Shown: positions 1 to 12,080 of the stretch, piece after piece
Layout: each line of letters begins with the position of its first letter
Position numbering within the stretch: position 1 is the stretch's first letter
Source of the DNA: Octopus bimaculoides
Taxonomy: Eukaryota
Length of the DNA stretch: 36,054 bases
Assembly (NCBI RefSeq): GCF_001194135.2
Contig: NC_068996.1
Coordinates: 46,293,825-46,329,878 of the forward strand
Reading direction: 5' to 3'
Made by a program: the position numbers and the translations under genes
The notes under the pieces: model-generated
Database searches by the model: none
The model's input: the letters and a program-made list of their open reading frames with translations, nothing else
Told to the model about the DNA's origin: nothing

Positions 1-1476
1 CGAACGAAACACTGCAGACTGCAGCGTTCGTTTCACAAAAATTTTCATGGCTACAAGACGCCATCGTCTCAAAAAAAATGGCTAGAAAGCCGAAATTGGT
101 TTTTATATCCTGGAAATGTGCCACACAGGGCAGATTTCCGTCGCAAAAAACTTGCACCAGAGAGTCTACAAGTTGTTATACAACTTTGTATATAAAATAA
201 ATTTTACAAACAAACTTTTTAAAACATGAAAAAGCAAAACTTACAGAGCCGACAAGTCTACCGTCCGTCCATAGAGATAGATAGATAGATAGATAGATAG
301 ATGTGGGCGTGTTCACGTACGTACGCAAGTTTGTCGAGGATGGGACTGCAGCTTATTTACTTGTAGCATATGAAAAATTCGTATTATAAACTATATTTTA
401 GAATTAAATTTCAGATAGTTGGGGAAAATCTCAGATCTAAGGGGAGAAATTAGAAGTAATGATAGATTCAGTAGGTTACTGCACATGCACTAAGAGGGAC
501 AGACAGCATATGCTATTGTTTCTTAGCATCGATTCAATGTGACTGAGCAGACTTTTGACCATAAGCGTTCCAGACATAATATTTTTTTCTTTTTTCTAAG
601 CATAATGTATCTAGATTATATAATTTAATGTGTACGTCCTGTTTTTAAGACATTTGATTGTTATCTAAGTGAGATCTGGCAGTTATTTCTAATTGGTTGA
701 CTGAACATGTAGCGCCTCCTTCGGTAGGTTGTTGTGCAGACTATTGTCGAAGCAACAGTCTGCTGCACATTTCATACATCGGGTAGCAGTGCAGCTATAA
801 GTCTATAGGTGTGGTCTTTGAGTATCTTGTTATAACAGAGCACTGCTTTGTCTTCTTTGAGGCATGTTGTGGAGAGGTGGAGAATGGGGCTGTATGACAT
901 AACTTATATTGTATTGTTAATACAATCGTTTCTTTGTGTCGGACAAATGCTGCTACATGTGACTGCTCGAAGGTTGTGCGAGTCATTTTGCTATTGTTGC
1001 TGTCACGCGTGCTTCAAGTGTTATACATGTGTGCATGTGTTAGATATCGTTAGATGCAGTCGATGTTATCGGGTGTTGCTTGTATGAGAAGGGATGGTAG
1101 ATCTCGTAGCTGCTACTTTCAGCTTTTTCCTTTTTAAGAGTCGGGGTTTCTTGGTGATTGAAGTGGGATCAGTCAAAGTGTGCAGATATTTCCGGGACAA
1201 CCTCTGGAAATGAGTAACTATTGTAATAGCAACTGTCCAAACAGAATGGTGAGGGGAAATCTGAGTCAATGAAGCAGCTTCAATGTTGTTAACCAGCCAA
1301 CCGGCTTGCTAGAATTCGCAGCTAAATCTCGAAGAAAACAATGTCGCCTTATGTCAGACCAGATCAAAAATTATCTACAACTGGTAAGGAATGTGACTGA
1401 CGAACCCCTTCCAACTAAATATCAGAAATAGAAAGGTTTACTATTATTAGTATCATTATATTACGGTGGCGAGGAA

Positions 1477-1688
1477 GGCGGCAAGCTGGTAGAAACGTTA
1501 GCACGTCGGGTGAAATGCTTAGCGGTATTTCGTCTGTCTTTACGTTCTGAGTTCAAATTCCGGCGAGGTCGGCTTTGCCTTTCATCCTTTCGGATCGATA
1601 AATTAAATACCAGTTACGCACTGGGATCGATGTAATCGACTTACTCCCCTCCCCCAAGCTGCCCTTGTGGCAAAAGTTTGAAATCATT
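1477..1688 (+). mobile_element. tRNA-derived SINE with central GCCTTTCATCC..GTCGATAAA..TACCAG domain (Meta/MESC-like)
   Basis: A-box-like (GCTGGTAGAA) and B-box-like (GAGTTCAAATTCC) head followed by the domain. Many diverged copies recur in the window (3362-3484, 3778-3908, 12555-12770, 15378-15830, 16301-16998, 24772-24940). The domain name is from recollection, not a search. Confidence 0.8.
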
Positions 1689-2076
1689 CTCATTAGCAGC
1701 AGCATTGAAAATTATTCCTTGTGGTCTTTGTTCTGGCTTTTTACGTCTCCAAGATTAACATTGCCTTTCATCCTTTTGAAGTTGATAAAATNNNNNNNNN
1801 NNNNNNNNNNNNNNNNNNNNNNNNNNNNNNNNNNNNNNNNNNNNNNNNNNNNNNNNNNNNNNNNNNNNNNNNNNNNNNNNNNNNNNNNNNNNNNNNNNNN
1901 NNNNNNNNNNNNNNNNNNNNNNNNNNNNNNNNNNNNNNNNNNNNNNNNNNNNNNNNNNNNNNNNNNNNNNNNNNNNNNNNNNNNNNNNNNNNNNNNNNNN
2001 NNNNNNNNNNNNNNNNNNNNNNNNNNNNNNNNNNNNNNNNNNNNNNNNNNNNNNNNNNNNNNNNNNNNNNNNGCTA

Positions 2077-2465
2077 TGTTTGTTGTTGGCACTCCGTCGC
2101 TTACGACGACGAGGGTTCCAGTCGATCCGATCAACGGAACAGCCTGCTCGTGAAATTAACGTGCATGTGGCTGAGCACTCCACAGACATGTGTACCCTTA
2201 ACGTAGTTCTCGGGGGAGATTCAGCGTGACACAGAGTGAGACAAGGCTGACCCTTTGAAATACAGGCACAACAGAAACAGGAAGAAAGAGTGAGAGAAAG
2301 TTGTGGTGAAAGAGCACAGCAGGGTTCGCCACCAATCCCTGCCGGAGACTCGTGAAGCTTTAGGTGTTTTCGCTCAATAAACACTCACAACGCCCGGTCT
2401 GGGAATCGAAACCGCGATCCTATGACCGCGAGTCCGCTGCCTTAACCACTGGGCCATTGCGCCGC
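2077..2465 (-). mobile_element. tRNA-derived SINE, ~385 bp family
   Basis: Minus-strand head GGCGCAATGGCCCAGTGGTTAAGG...GGTTTCGATTCCC (A and B boxes). Highly similar second copy at 17898-18280. Confidence 0.85.
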
Positions 2466-3484
2466 AACTGTATGCTATGTACACATAACATTTCACGTCC
2501 ATTTTTTATATGATTTTGTCCCAAACAAGGCCTCATGCTACTGTATCGTAAAGGAACTACAAAGAAGTAAAAGAATGACACTACAAATTCAAAAGATGTC
2601 AGATGACAGATAAAGTTTGAAATACTGAAGATCATAGACCAGATGAAAACGAGACGATGTTAGTTTATTTAGTTCCCGAGAGCAGCAGTTCAAAGAAAAG
2701 AAGTTATTATAACAAAAGGACTTATGACTAACAGGAAACTCAACAGGGAAATGATACGCTTCGGAAGAGAAGCAGGTGACACATTTAAAAGGTGTTGACA
2801 GAGGGCACTAAACGGAAAAGCAGAAAGTTCATCAGAGCAATGACCATAGAAATACTTATCGAAAAGAGACAACGAACATACATGTCAACGATGAACCAAA
2901 GACTCCAGCCTAATAGAAAGGACCCCCACCCTGCCACACACGCAGTGATAGTTCTTCTCATCTGTGACCCTGGTGACAAATAAAAGACATTTTACTACCG
3001 TTACTATTATTATCACTACTATTATCACGAAACCTTGAATTTATTCCCATACCTGCTGGGTACCTGGGTACTTAATTTAAACGTCAGAGAGACAAAACCA
3101 AAGTCAAGCACAGCAATAACTGTTTCTAATTTTGGCACCAGGCCCCCAGGGGAGGGTGGTTAGTTGACTACAACGAACCCCGGTATTTGACTGGTACTTT
3201 GGTCTATCAATCACCACCTCCACCCCCCCCACCCCCCACCAGAGGGAGGAATGGTAAAGTTGACTTTGTCCAGCGCTCCAACCATCTGGAAATTCACTAC
3301 CCTTAATAAAAAGCTTGAAATTTTAAGGTAAGGCCCATTCGCTGTAATCGATGAGCACTCATTTTATCGATCTCGAAAGGATGAAAAGAAGCAATTTTGA
3401 CCACGGTGAAATTTGAACTCAGATCGCAAAGACGGACGAAATGCCGCTAAGCATTTTGCCCGGCATGCTAACGATTCCGCCAGC

Positions 3485-3775
3485 CTCGGACCAACCAAAG
3501 CCCTGAGTGCATTTGGTAGACGGAAACTGAAAGAAGCCCATCGTGTATATATGTATGTGTGTGTGCGTGAGTATGTTTGTGTGCGTGTTTGTCCCCCCAC
3601 CTTCGCTTGACAACCGATGTTGGTGTGTTCACATCCCCATAACTTAACGGTTCGGCAAAAGATGCCGACAGAATAAGTACTAGGCTTCCAAAGAATAAGG
3701 CCTGGAGTCGATTTGTTCGACTAAAGGCGGTGCTCCAGCATGGCCGCAGTCAAATGACTGAAACAAATAAAAGAA
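3485..3775 (+). mobile_element. 3' part of CORE-type (OR2-like) SINE with internal (TG)n
   Basis: Matches the longer copies at 9763-10567 and 31088-31512 (GGAAACTGAAAGAAGCCC, TG repeat, CTTGACAACCGATG, GACTGAAACAA). Confidence 0.75.
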
Positions 3776-3930
3776 TGGTTTCAACTTTTGCCACAAGGGC
3801 AGCCATTTTCAGGAAGGGGTTAAGTCGATTACATCGACCCCAGTGTTTCACTGGGTCTTAATTTATCGATTCCCAAAAGGATGAAAGGCAAAGTCGACCT
3901 TGGCAGAATAATAATAATAATAATAATAAT

Positions 3931-4150
3931 TTGGATTTGGCTAGGTTAATACAACGACTGTGGAAGATTTTTACAAAAGTAACCCCAGTGTTTATAGGTA
4001 CCCCATGTAACAACGAGAATTGCTTTAATTCAGAAACTTGATCTATTGGAAACAGCAAGGATTGTAAGAAAGTCACTCGATATCTAAGGAAAACCGGTAT
4101 TAAGGACATTGATTCTGAATGTAACACATTCATGCACACCATTAATAATA
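3931..4150 (+). pseudogene. Heavily 5'-truncated R4/Dong-type LINE fragment (RLE endonuclease C-terminus)
   Basis: Two frames give LDLARLIQRLWKIFTKVTPVFIG and IALIQKLDLLETARIVRKSLDI* (stop 4085-4087), resembling the ...IPVVIGALG...QK..LLGTARILRK.L end of R4-clade ORFs. Begins right after an (AAT)n run. Confidence 0.6.
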
Positions 4151-4197
4151 AGCCAAAACATAGCAGACATATATTCCAAGAATTGAAATAACCAATA

Positions 4198-4203
4198 TTT
4201 ATT
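4198..4203 (-). promoter_or_regulatory. Candidate polyadenylation signal (AATAAA) of AMDHD2
   Basis: TTTATT on the plus strand, ~170 nt downstream of the minus-strand stop codon. Confidence 0.45.
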
Positions 4204-4374
4204 AACAAAGTTACATAAGAACATCAAAACCTACAGAAAGTATCGAGAAAAAAGTTCTTCAAGAATTTTCTCTGGATACTATTATTATTATTATTATGAT
4301 AATGAAATTATTTTTAATATTATTGTTATAAACAACATTGTTATTCAATTAGAGAAGAAATACTTCAAAATCAT

Positions 4375-4553
4375 TCAAGACTTCTGCCACACAAGTTCCG
4401 AAGCGATGTATGTAGATTGAACTTCAAGATTGTCATTCAACATTATGAAGTCTGCATCCGATCCAAAATCTAAAGAGCCTTTCTTGTCTGAAATATTCAA
4501 CAGCTGCGCCGGATGCAATGATGCCATCTGCAAGGCCTCGACTACAGAGCATT
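4375..4553 (-). CDS. AMDHD2: Terminal coding exon of N-acetylglucosamine-6-phosphate deacetylase (AMDHD2/NagA)
   Basis: Polypyrimidine tract plus CCACAG acceptor at 4554, then AA|TGC... giving CSVVEALQMASLHPAQLLNISDKKGSLDFGSDADFIMLNDNLEVQSTYIASELVWQKS* (TGA at 4375-4377). This closely matches the metazoan AMDHD2 C-terminus as recalled (CSMESALEAASLHPAQLLG..KGTLDFGADADFVVLDD.L.VQATYISGELVWQ). Absent from the ORF track. Confidence 0.92.
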
Positions 4554-4927
4554 CTGTGGAATAATAGAAAAAGAAAAAAAATTAATTATACATCAAAGTA
4601 TTGTGTATTTTATCTTTTACTTGTTTCAGTCATTGGACTGTGGCCATGCTGGGGCACCACCTCGAAGGGTTTCAGTTGAACAAATCAATCCCATATACAT
4701 AATTAGGGAATGGAGTAAATTCACATACGCAGTAGCCCCAGTTGATAACCGTGAACTATAAAATAACTTTTTTTTTTTTTACAGTTTATCAAATTTCGAT
4801 ATGGGGAAAAATTTACAACCTTCTACGTCAATAAACCATTATTGTTCCTGAAAGTTATTTTTTTTTATATCTTTAATGGATTTCTTGAAGCTTACTAACT
4901 TTCTACACCTTGATCCTTGGATCTTAC

Positions 4928-4963
<36 letters not shown>

Positions 4964-4967
4964 TCAT

Positions 4968-5074
4968 TATCATCATCATCGTTTAACGTCCGTTTTCCAT
5001 GCTGGCATGGGTTGGACGGCTCGACTGGAGACTGGCAAGCCAGGGGGCTGCACCAGACTCCAGTCTGATCCGGC
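4968..5074 (-). mobile_element. 3' tail fragment of RTE-type retroposon ending in (GAT)n
   Basis: CATCATCATCGTTTAACGTCCGTTTTCCATGCTGGCATGGGTTGGAC, the same tail as at 6166-6359, 14020-14408, 20620-20720 and 22762-23030. Confidence 0.7.
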
Positions 5075-5426
5075 AAAGATTACATCACAGAAGATCGAAG
5101 AGCTTGGTTGGGAAAAAAACTCCTCATCTACCTTATTCTTCCGACCTTGCTTCTTCAGACTACCATTTGTTTCGTAGCTTACAGAATCATTTGGGGGACA
5201 TAACTTTCGCAAGCCAGGAGGAGGTCGAAACTGACATTTCAGAGTTCTTTGCTTTGAAACCAAAAGAGTTTTACATTGATGGGATTAAAAAGCTTGTAAA
5301 TAGATGGAAGGAAGTCACAGATAATCAGGGAAAATACATTGATGATTAAATTTCAATTAAATATAACATTTGATCACTTGTTTTCTTTATTCAAAATTCG
5401 GACAGAACTTATGGGATGACATGATA
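5073..5426 (+). mobile_element. 3' fragment of mariner transposon (transposase C-terminus plus probable right TIR)
   Basis: KITSQKIEELGWE, frameshift, then PHLPYSSDLASSDYHLFRSLQNHL...GIKKLVNRWKEV..NQGKYIDD* (a YSPDLAPSDY-like motif). A TIR-like end GACAGAACTTATGGGATGAC follows. Confidence 0.85.
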
Positions 5427-6165
5427 GTGAGCGAAGCGGACATGAGCTTGCTAAAATCAACTCTCATGAATAGCATGATGAGTCATCAAGTAAAATAAAA
5501 TAATAATAAATAAAAATTTCACAATGATAACAATATCAACAACAACAACAATAATAATAATAATGGTGGTGGTGGTGGTGATGGTGGTGGTGATGATTTT
5601 TTTTTATTTTATTTTATTTTTCCTTGAATACTTACAAAGATCTTGCAAACACGAAACACACCTTTAATGTTGTATCTACCAAACAACACCTACACACACT
5701 TATGCTGAACTACACAGAAGAATGATTTTCAACCAGAAATAAGACTACCCTGTGGGGAGTGTATCTTGAAGCATGAAACTATTAGTAGCTCTTTTGTAAT
5801 TGTGTATATTATATGGTTATATATATCAAACTTGGAAACTAGGTGTCAGTTTTGGAATTGACCTTTATACTTGGTCGGGCTTGTTTTAGAATAATCATGC
5901 AAGAGGTAGGTGGGACATAAGCAAACCACACTCCTTTCATTCATACACAACACAGATTAGCTGCTTTTCATAGCTTCCACTTCTTAATTCCGTTTTATTT
6001 AATAATAAAAAACTCATTATTTTCATTCAAAATTTGTTTAGAAACATTTTTTAAAGCTGCTCATTCACTTGTGGTGCCCTAGCATGACTGCGACTTCCAA
6101 GCTGAAACGAGTTGAGAGAGAGAGAGGACTCCCCTTCGGTCATGAATGACTATAAGATTGCACCT

Positions 6166-6359
6166 GGACTGGCTCCCGTGCAGGTGGCACATAAAAAAAC
6201 ACCTTTTTGAGCATGGCCGTTGCCAGTACCGTGTGACTGGCACGTAAAAGCACCCACTACACTCTCGGAGTGGTTGGCGTTAGGAAGGGCATCCAGCTGT
6301 AGAAACTCTGCCAGGTCAGATTGGAGCCTGGTGCTAGTATGGAAAGCGGACGTTAAACG
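6166..6359 (+). mobile_element. RTE-type 3' tail copy
   Basis: GGTGGCACATAAAA..GCACC repeats, GTGGTTGGCGTTAGGAAGGGCATCCAGCTGTAGAAAC, and the ending GCGGACGTTAAACG. Confidence 0.7.
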
Positions 6360-6399
6360 NNNNNNNNNNATATATATATATATATATATATATAATGGC

Positions 6400-7490
6400 A
6401 CTATTAGTTGACATATTAAAAATTTTAAGATATTTTTCAACGAGTTACTAAACAGAACAAATCTAGGACAGCAAATGTTTCTGAGCAGCTTGTTGAATCC
6501 TATGTGAATTTGCTAATTTTTCTCAACTGCTTGTTTTTGTCAGATACATAAGTGAAAAAAGTGTTGAAAGACAAATCTCTCTACCATGAAATTTCCCAGA
6601 ATAACTGCAAAGATTGTTGACAAAAGGAAAACACACACGCACACACACACACATGCACACATTCCATTAATTTCATCCAGACTGTAATCATTTCCATCTT
6701 TAATGAAAGGTCTCACTTCATAAAATGCTTCATTAATAAGTTACAGGTTATGTCCTACTGATGATTTTTAAAAAGAATGAAATAGTTCTAACATGATTAC
6801 CAACAACTAAACAAAACAAAAATTAAATATATGAATTCTATGCATTTTTCCATATAATTCTTTTAATTTCGGATTCAAATTTCTAATCCTGCCAAATATT
6901 ATAAAGAAATGGTTATCTTCTTTGTAATAACTGCAACCACTGGGGTAAGATGTGTTTGGGAAATGGACAGACGATGATGATGATGATGAGGATGATTACT
7001 TCTTTGAAAAGAATCTCTTATGAGGCATAACTGGCTCAATTTGTGCTGATGGAGCTCCAGCCATGATATTAGTCAGATCTGGCTTTTCTATATTTGTAAA
7101 ATTAAAAAGCACCTTATATGATAACATAGAGATTTTCAAAGATATGCATTAGCAGCAAAATTCCTCCCTGAAAATGGCTTTGTAGAAAACTGTTGAGGCT
7201 GTTTTATTTCATTCATACATAGAATCACATCTCCTCCGAAGCTTTTGTGAGATGAGATGCATTTTGTGCATCCAATCCTTTTATTTCATACTGTGGTTGA
7301 AATAACAGCTATGTGAACATATTCTTAACCAAGTGTTTGAGATTAAAACCAAGGTAAAGATTTTTCTTTGTGACCAAGATTCAAAACTATAGACAAAGGC
7401 CTGCTGATCTACATTCAATGCCTCTTAAGTCACCTCAAATACATTTATCCATCTTTAACCAAGCAGCAAATGACTTCAAGAAAAAAATCA
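6400..7490 (+). pseudogene. Decayed hAT (Buster/Charlie-like) transposase, interrupted at ~6630-7035
   Basis: Frame-broken motifs QL.ES, SQLLVFVRYI, SICADGAPAM..RSGF, LLFHT, VFE.K, VKIFL and FKKKI appear in the order expected for Buster-type transposases. Confidence 0.7.
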
Positions 7491-7500
7491 GTAACTATCT

Positions 7501-7933
7501 TTAACATTTTAGCATTTAAAGCAGTCATATCAGGCCAAAATATTCTTCCACTGATGTTCAAACTGGTCAGATCCAGCCTCTCACACCTACCCTACAATAT
7601 CATTCTAAAAATAAATAATCACATCGTTGAAATCTCAAAGCTGTGAGATAATGAATGATTAATTGAAAGTAATGTGAATAAATAAGCATTACATTTGACA
7701 GAATAATCTGAATGCTAGAGTTAAACAGGCCATATCAGGCCCAAACATTCTACCTGCTTTATGTTCAAACTAGCCAGATCCAGCCTCTCACACCTACACT
7801 ACAATATCATTCTAAAAATAAACACTCACATCAATGAGATTTCAAAGCTACAAGTTAATGCATGATTAAATCAAAACGATGTGAAAAAATAAGCATTACT
7901 TTTGACAGAGTAAGCTAAATGTTGAAGAGTTAA
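7501..7933 (+). mobile_element. Tandem pair of TTAA-bounded (piggyBac-like) MITEs
   Basis: Two diverged ~210-220 bp units (7501-7724, 7725-7933), each ending in GAGTTAA. A third copy lies in reverse at 10641-10866 and ends AAAGGGTTAA. Confidence 0.65.
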
Positions 7934-8082
7934 AATAAGTGGAAAGATTGACGCGTTGCAAAGCTGACTAATATAGGCTCAAAGAGTTCATCAAAATAAT
8001 TTTGCCAAATTTTCAAACATAGATAAAATCAGCAGAAAAATTACTGGCATGTTTCATAAAAAAAAGGCATCTCAACATATCT

Positions 8083-8254
8083 TTTATCTTTTACTTGTTT
8101 CAGTCATTGGACTGCAACCATCCGGGAGCACTGCCTGAATGGTTTATTCAAACAAATTGTCCCCAGTACTTATCTTGTTGGTCTTTTTTTTGTCAAACTA
8201 TTAAGTTATTGGGATGTAAGCAAACCAACAGTAGTCATCGAGAGTAGTGGGGGA

Positions 8255-8305
<51 letters not shown>

Positions 8306-8470
8306 ATGCATGTACAAAGAGCTTCTTTCAATTTTCATCTATCAAATTCGTTCACAAGGATTTGGTCAGTCCAAAGCTTTAGTAGAAGGCACTTTCCCAA
8401 CCATACCATGTAGTGGGACTGAACCCAAAACCATGTGGTTCAGAAGCAAATTTATTCCCACACAATCACC
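8083..8470 (-). mobile_element. CORE-type (OR2-like) SINE with central (CA)n
   Basis: Diverged reverse complement of the 31088-31512 copy. Confidence 0.75.
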
Positions 8471-8993
8471 TCAAAATGTTACAGTACTAACTGCTACTCT
8501 TCAGACCCTTTTCCCACTGACCTATCAGATATAAAAGATGATAAACCCAGCAAAAGAGAAAATAATTGGCCTTTAGTCCTTTGCTAACCTTATGAAAGAA
8601 TTTGATAGAGTTGCAATTCACTTCTGACTAAAACCCATTCATTCCTACTTCTGACTCACTGTGGTATTAAAGTGCTTGTTCTTCTTCATCACGTTTCTGT
8701 ACTTTAATAGCAATGAAGAAAAAAAAGGCAAGGAACTACCTGAAAGGCAATGGCGACATGAAGATAGCATTGTCATCAACAGCACCTCCTACAAATAAAC
8801 AAGTCAACTATGAATCAGCAGAACTTCTATTAATAATGCTTCTGGTATTCATGTTTTGATCTTGTCAAAAGCACAAGAATAAAAAAGAGACTTATTTTTA
8901 AACTTAGGTTCTTTTGCTTATACATGCTTTGGTATTTAACTTTTGTTCGGTCTCAATCTAAAATTATATTTCTTAGATACAAATATATTCTGC

Positions 8994-9037
<44 letters not shown>

Positions 9038-9137
9038 NNNNNNNNNNNNNNNNNNNNNNNNNNNNNNNNNNNNNNNNNNNNNNNNNNNNNNNNNNNNNNN
9101 NNNNNNNNNNNNNNNNNNNNNNNNNNNNNNNNNNNNN

Positions 9138-9179
<42 letters not shown>

Positions 9180-9762
9180 TGTACATTTAAATTAGGATAA
9201 ATATTAGACTTGGTATTAATACTGCCGCCATCACAAATATACATATTTACACACACACACACACACAAATTTACCATAAATTTATCTGAAGCATATGTGT
9301 TTATGTGTACGTGCATATTTGTCCATTTGCTGAATTTATCATAAGATTTTTGTATCTATTCACTTCCCCATTTAGCAAAGTTTGTTTCTCTGGAGAAAAA
9401 CCTTAATGAAGTTGTTCCCACATTTAATTGTGTCTCTTGACCCAAGAGCAAAAGGCAATACACATGAAGTTATGAGGGTAAATGGCAGAGAATGAGTTGG
9501 AATTCTTTGATGTAGAAGATTTAAAAATCATCAGTGCATGTTTTTGTTTTAGCCACGACTCAAAGCCTTTGAACCAACACTCATTGTGTAATGTTTTCTC
9601 CTTCATCCCTTTCGACTTTTGTCAACTACAGCAGACTCCTTGCATTCTTTGCCCTGACATTGTACATAAACACATTATTCAATCGACAATGCATCTTCTG
9701 ATACATGTATGAGTGGTAAGGGTCAGATTAAATTGTAGGATCACAAAAACATTAAAAAAATT

Positions 9763-9906
9763 GTGGCTGTGTGGTAAATGTAACTGTGTGGTTGCTTCCC
9801 AACCACACGGTTCCAGGCTCAGTCCCACTGCATGACACCTTGGGCGAGAATCTTTTACTATAGGCTCATGACTAGATTTGGTAGATGGAAACTGAAAGAA
9901 GCCCAT

Positions 9907-9964
<58 letters not shown>

Positions 9965-10338
9965 CGTGCGTGTGTGTGTGTAAGTGAAGGCATATGACTC
10001 AGTGGTTAGAACATTGGGCTCGCAATCATGTGGTAGTAAGTTCAATTCCTAGACCAGGTTATGTGTTGTGTTTTTGAGCAAGACACTTTACTTCATATTG
10101 CTTCAGTTCACTCATCTGTGGAAATGAGAATGAGTTGTAACATCACAGGTGCCAGGCTGTATCAACCTTTGTCTTTCTCTTGGATAACACCAGTGGTGTG
10201 GAGAGGGGGAGGCTGGTATGTATGGGTGACTGCTGGTCTTCCATAAACAACTTTCGCTGGACTTGTCCCTTGGAGAGTAAATTTCTAGGTGCAATCCTAT
10301 GGTCGTTCATGACCAAAGGGGGTCTTTACCCTTTGTGC

Positions 10339-10374
<36 letters not shown>

Positions 10375-10567
10375 TTCTCCACCACCCACCTCTTGATAAC
10401 TGATGTTGGTGTGTTTATGCTGCACAACTTAGCAGTTTGGCAAAACAGACTGATAAAATAAATATCAGACCGAGAGAAAAAAATGTACTGAGGTCAATTT
10501 GTTCAACTAAACTTCAAGGCAATGCTCCAGCATGGCTGCAATCTAATGACTGAAACAAGAAAAAGAT
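9763..10567 (+). mobile_element. CORE-type (OR2-like) SINE split by a nested SINE
   Basis: Head GTGGCTGTGTGGTAA...CAGTCCCACTGC, CORE-like ACCTTGGGC, then (TG)n. The 3' half resumes after 10334. Confidence 0.75.
9986..10334 (+). mobile_element. Second tRNA-derived SINE family nested in (TG)n
   Basis: Head GGCATATGACTCAGTGGTTAGA...AGTTCAATTCC, CORE-like TTGAGCAAGACACTT. Its 3' end TCATGACCAAAGGGGG resembles the reverse-strand fragment at 6128-6165. Confidence 0.7.
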
Positions 10568-10640
10568 GAAACATTTTATTCAACAGATATACTGTAGAAA
10601 GACACGAATCGGCAGAATTTATCTTGAGAAAGCATCTTGT

Positions 10641-10866
10641 GTAACCTTTTAGTATTCAAATTACTTTATCAAATATATTTATTTATTCACATCATTTCGA
10701 ATTTATCCTGTATGATCTCATAACTTCAAGATTTCAATGACATGGTAATATATTTTTGGAATGACATTGTAAGATAGGTGGCAAGAGGCCAGTTCTAGCC
10801 AATTTGAACATAAAACAGGTAGAATATTTGGACCAGATATAGCCGGTTTAAATGCTAAAGGGTTAA
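10641..10866 (-). mobile_element. piggyBac-like MITE (same family as 7501-7933)
   Basis: Ends (G)TAACCTTTTAG...CTAAAGGGTTAA. The interior is the reverse complement of the 7501 unit. Confidence 0.65.
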
Positions 10867-11523
10867 ACACATTGTGCTAAAAAGCACTGAAGTTACAATT
10901 AGATCAACTCAAGTACTTGATTTGGATTTATTTTTCTACTCCATATTCAAACTCAGATTGTTTAGTGATATAACTAATGTAACTAAAAGATATTTTCTCA
11001 GCCAAATAATGATTCTGCTATTAATTGTAAACAACAAACGAAACAACCCAAATGTCCTGCAAACAGAAGCAAAATCCTGTGCATTACGAATAAATATCTG
11101 AATCACTTCTAACATTCAGTCTTAGTTTTTTCATATCACTTTAGCACATTGGTTAGCAAGTTGATGCCACTGATTTCCATTGGCTGCAGTTTTCTCTACA
11201 TCCGACTATGTGATATTGACTGTTTTCAATTCAGTTAGGAAAGTACTGTGCTATTTAGTTGTCAGTCTTTCTCTTTTTCTTTTCCCCTCCATTTGAAAGC
11301 TGTTTTAGAACGGTGTTGTTTTGGTAGCTGAAGCATGATTTGACATCCCTTGGAAGGCAACAGAAGAGTTATCTTATGCCCAAGTACTATCTCTATGCAG
11401 AGATTTATGCATGTTGAACTTCATATACAAAGACAATTGTCTTAGAGTGTATATTATACACAATCACAATATTTTTAGGGTGCATATCAAATGATAGGCT
11501 CTCTCGTCACACATATTCTACAC

Positions 11524-11779
11524 CAAGGATTCTCAACCAATATCGATGTGGCCCCTAGGGGTCCATATAAGATATTTTTGTTAAAATTTATATGCAATAA
11601 ACTGGTTATGTTTCTACGATACAAAATGTTTTAATTCTTTTTATAAAATTTATAATATCTAATCATAAAAATGCAGTAAGATCTTTCTTTTTATATACAT
11701 CAAATGGCTGTGGAGGTCTAGTAGAGTTAAATGGGAATCAAAAGGGCCTAAAGGTTAAAAAAATTATTAAGAAACACTG
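11524..11779. mobile_element. hAT (Charlie-like) MITE
   Basis: Degenerate TIRs CAAGGATTCTCAA / TTAAGAAACACTG. Perfect 8-bp TSD TTCTACAC at 11516-11523 and 11780-11787. Confidence 0.75.
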
Positions 11780-11894
11780 TTCTACACAATCATCTCCCAA
11801 TATACAACACAACACATTCTATGATCTCTTCTCAATGCTATCATATAGCTTCCACAACATATTCCGCATAATTGCCTCTACAGCACAAATTCCA

Positions 11895-12080
11895 CAACAC
11901 ACATTTCACACATGCACACGTCTCAATACTATAACTCCCACAACATACATTTTACATATGCACAGGTCCCAATACTACAACTCCTACAACATACATTTTA
12001 CATGTGCACAGGTCCCAATACTACAACTCCCACAACATACATTTCACATATGCATATGTCCCAATACTATAACAACTCCC
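11895..12080. repeat. 46-bp minisatellite, ~4 copies
   Basis: Unit CAACATACATTTTACATATGCACAGGTCCCAATACTACAACTCC.A starts at 11895, 11941, 11987 and 12033. Confidence 0.85.

Noticed and set aside
2391-2465. tRNA-like sequence on the minus strand (also 18205-18280, 16618-16685, 33146-33210)
   Set aside because: These are SINE heads attached to repeat bodies, without a complete cloverleaf, so they are not called tRNA genes.
2540-2990. Purine-rich plus-strand segment with AATAAA, possibly the last exon of a convergent gene
   Set aside because: Only short, unrecognisable ORFs and no homology evidence.
8738-8790. Minus-strand segment with AG/GT-like boundaries (EVLLMTMLSSCRHCLS or GAVDDNAIFMSPLPF)
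   Set aside because: No recognisable homology in any frame; such splice-like sites occur by chance.
9330-9712. Coding-looking composition with overlapping 60-76 aa ORFs
   Set aside because: No motif recognised, and stops occur in all extended frames. It may be an unidentified TE relic.
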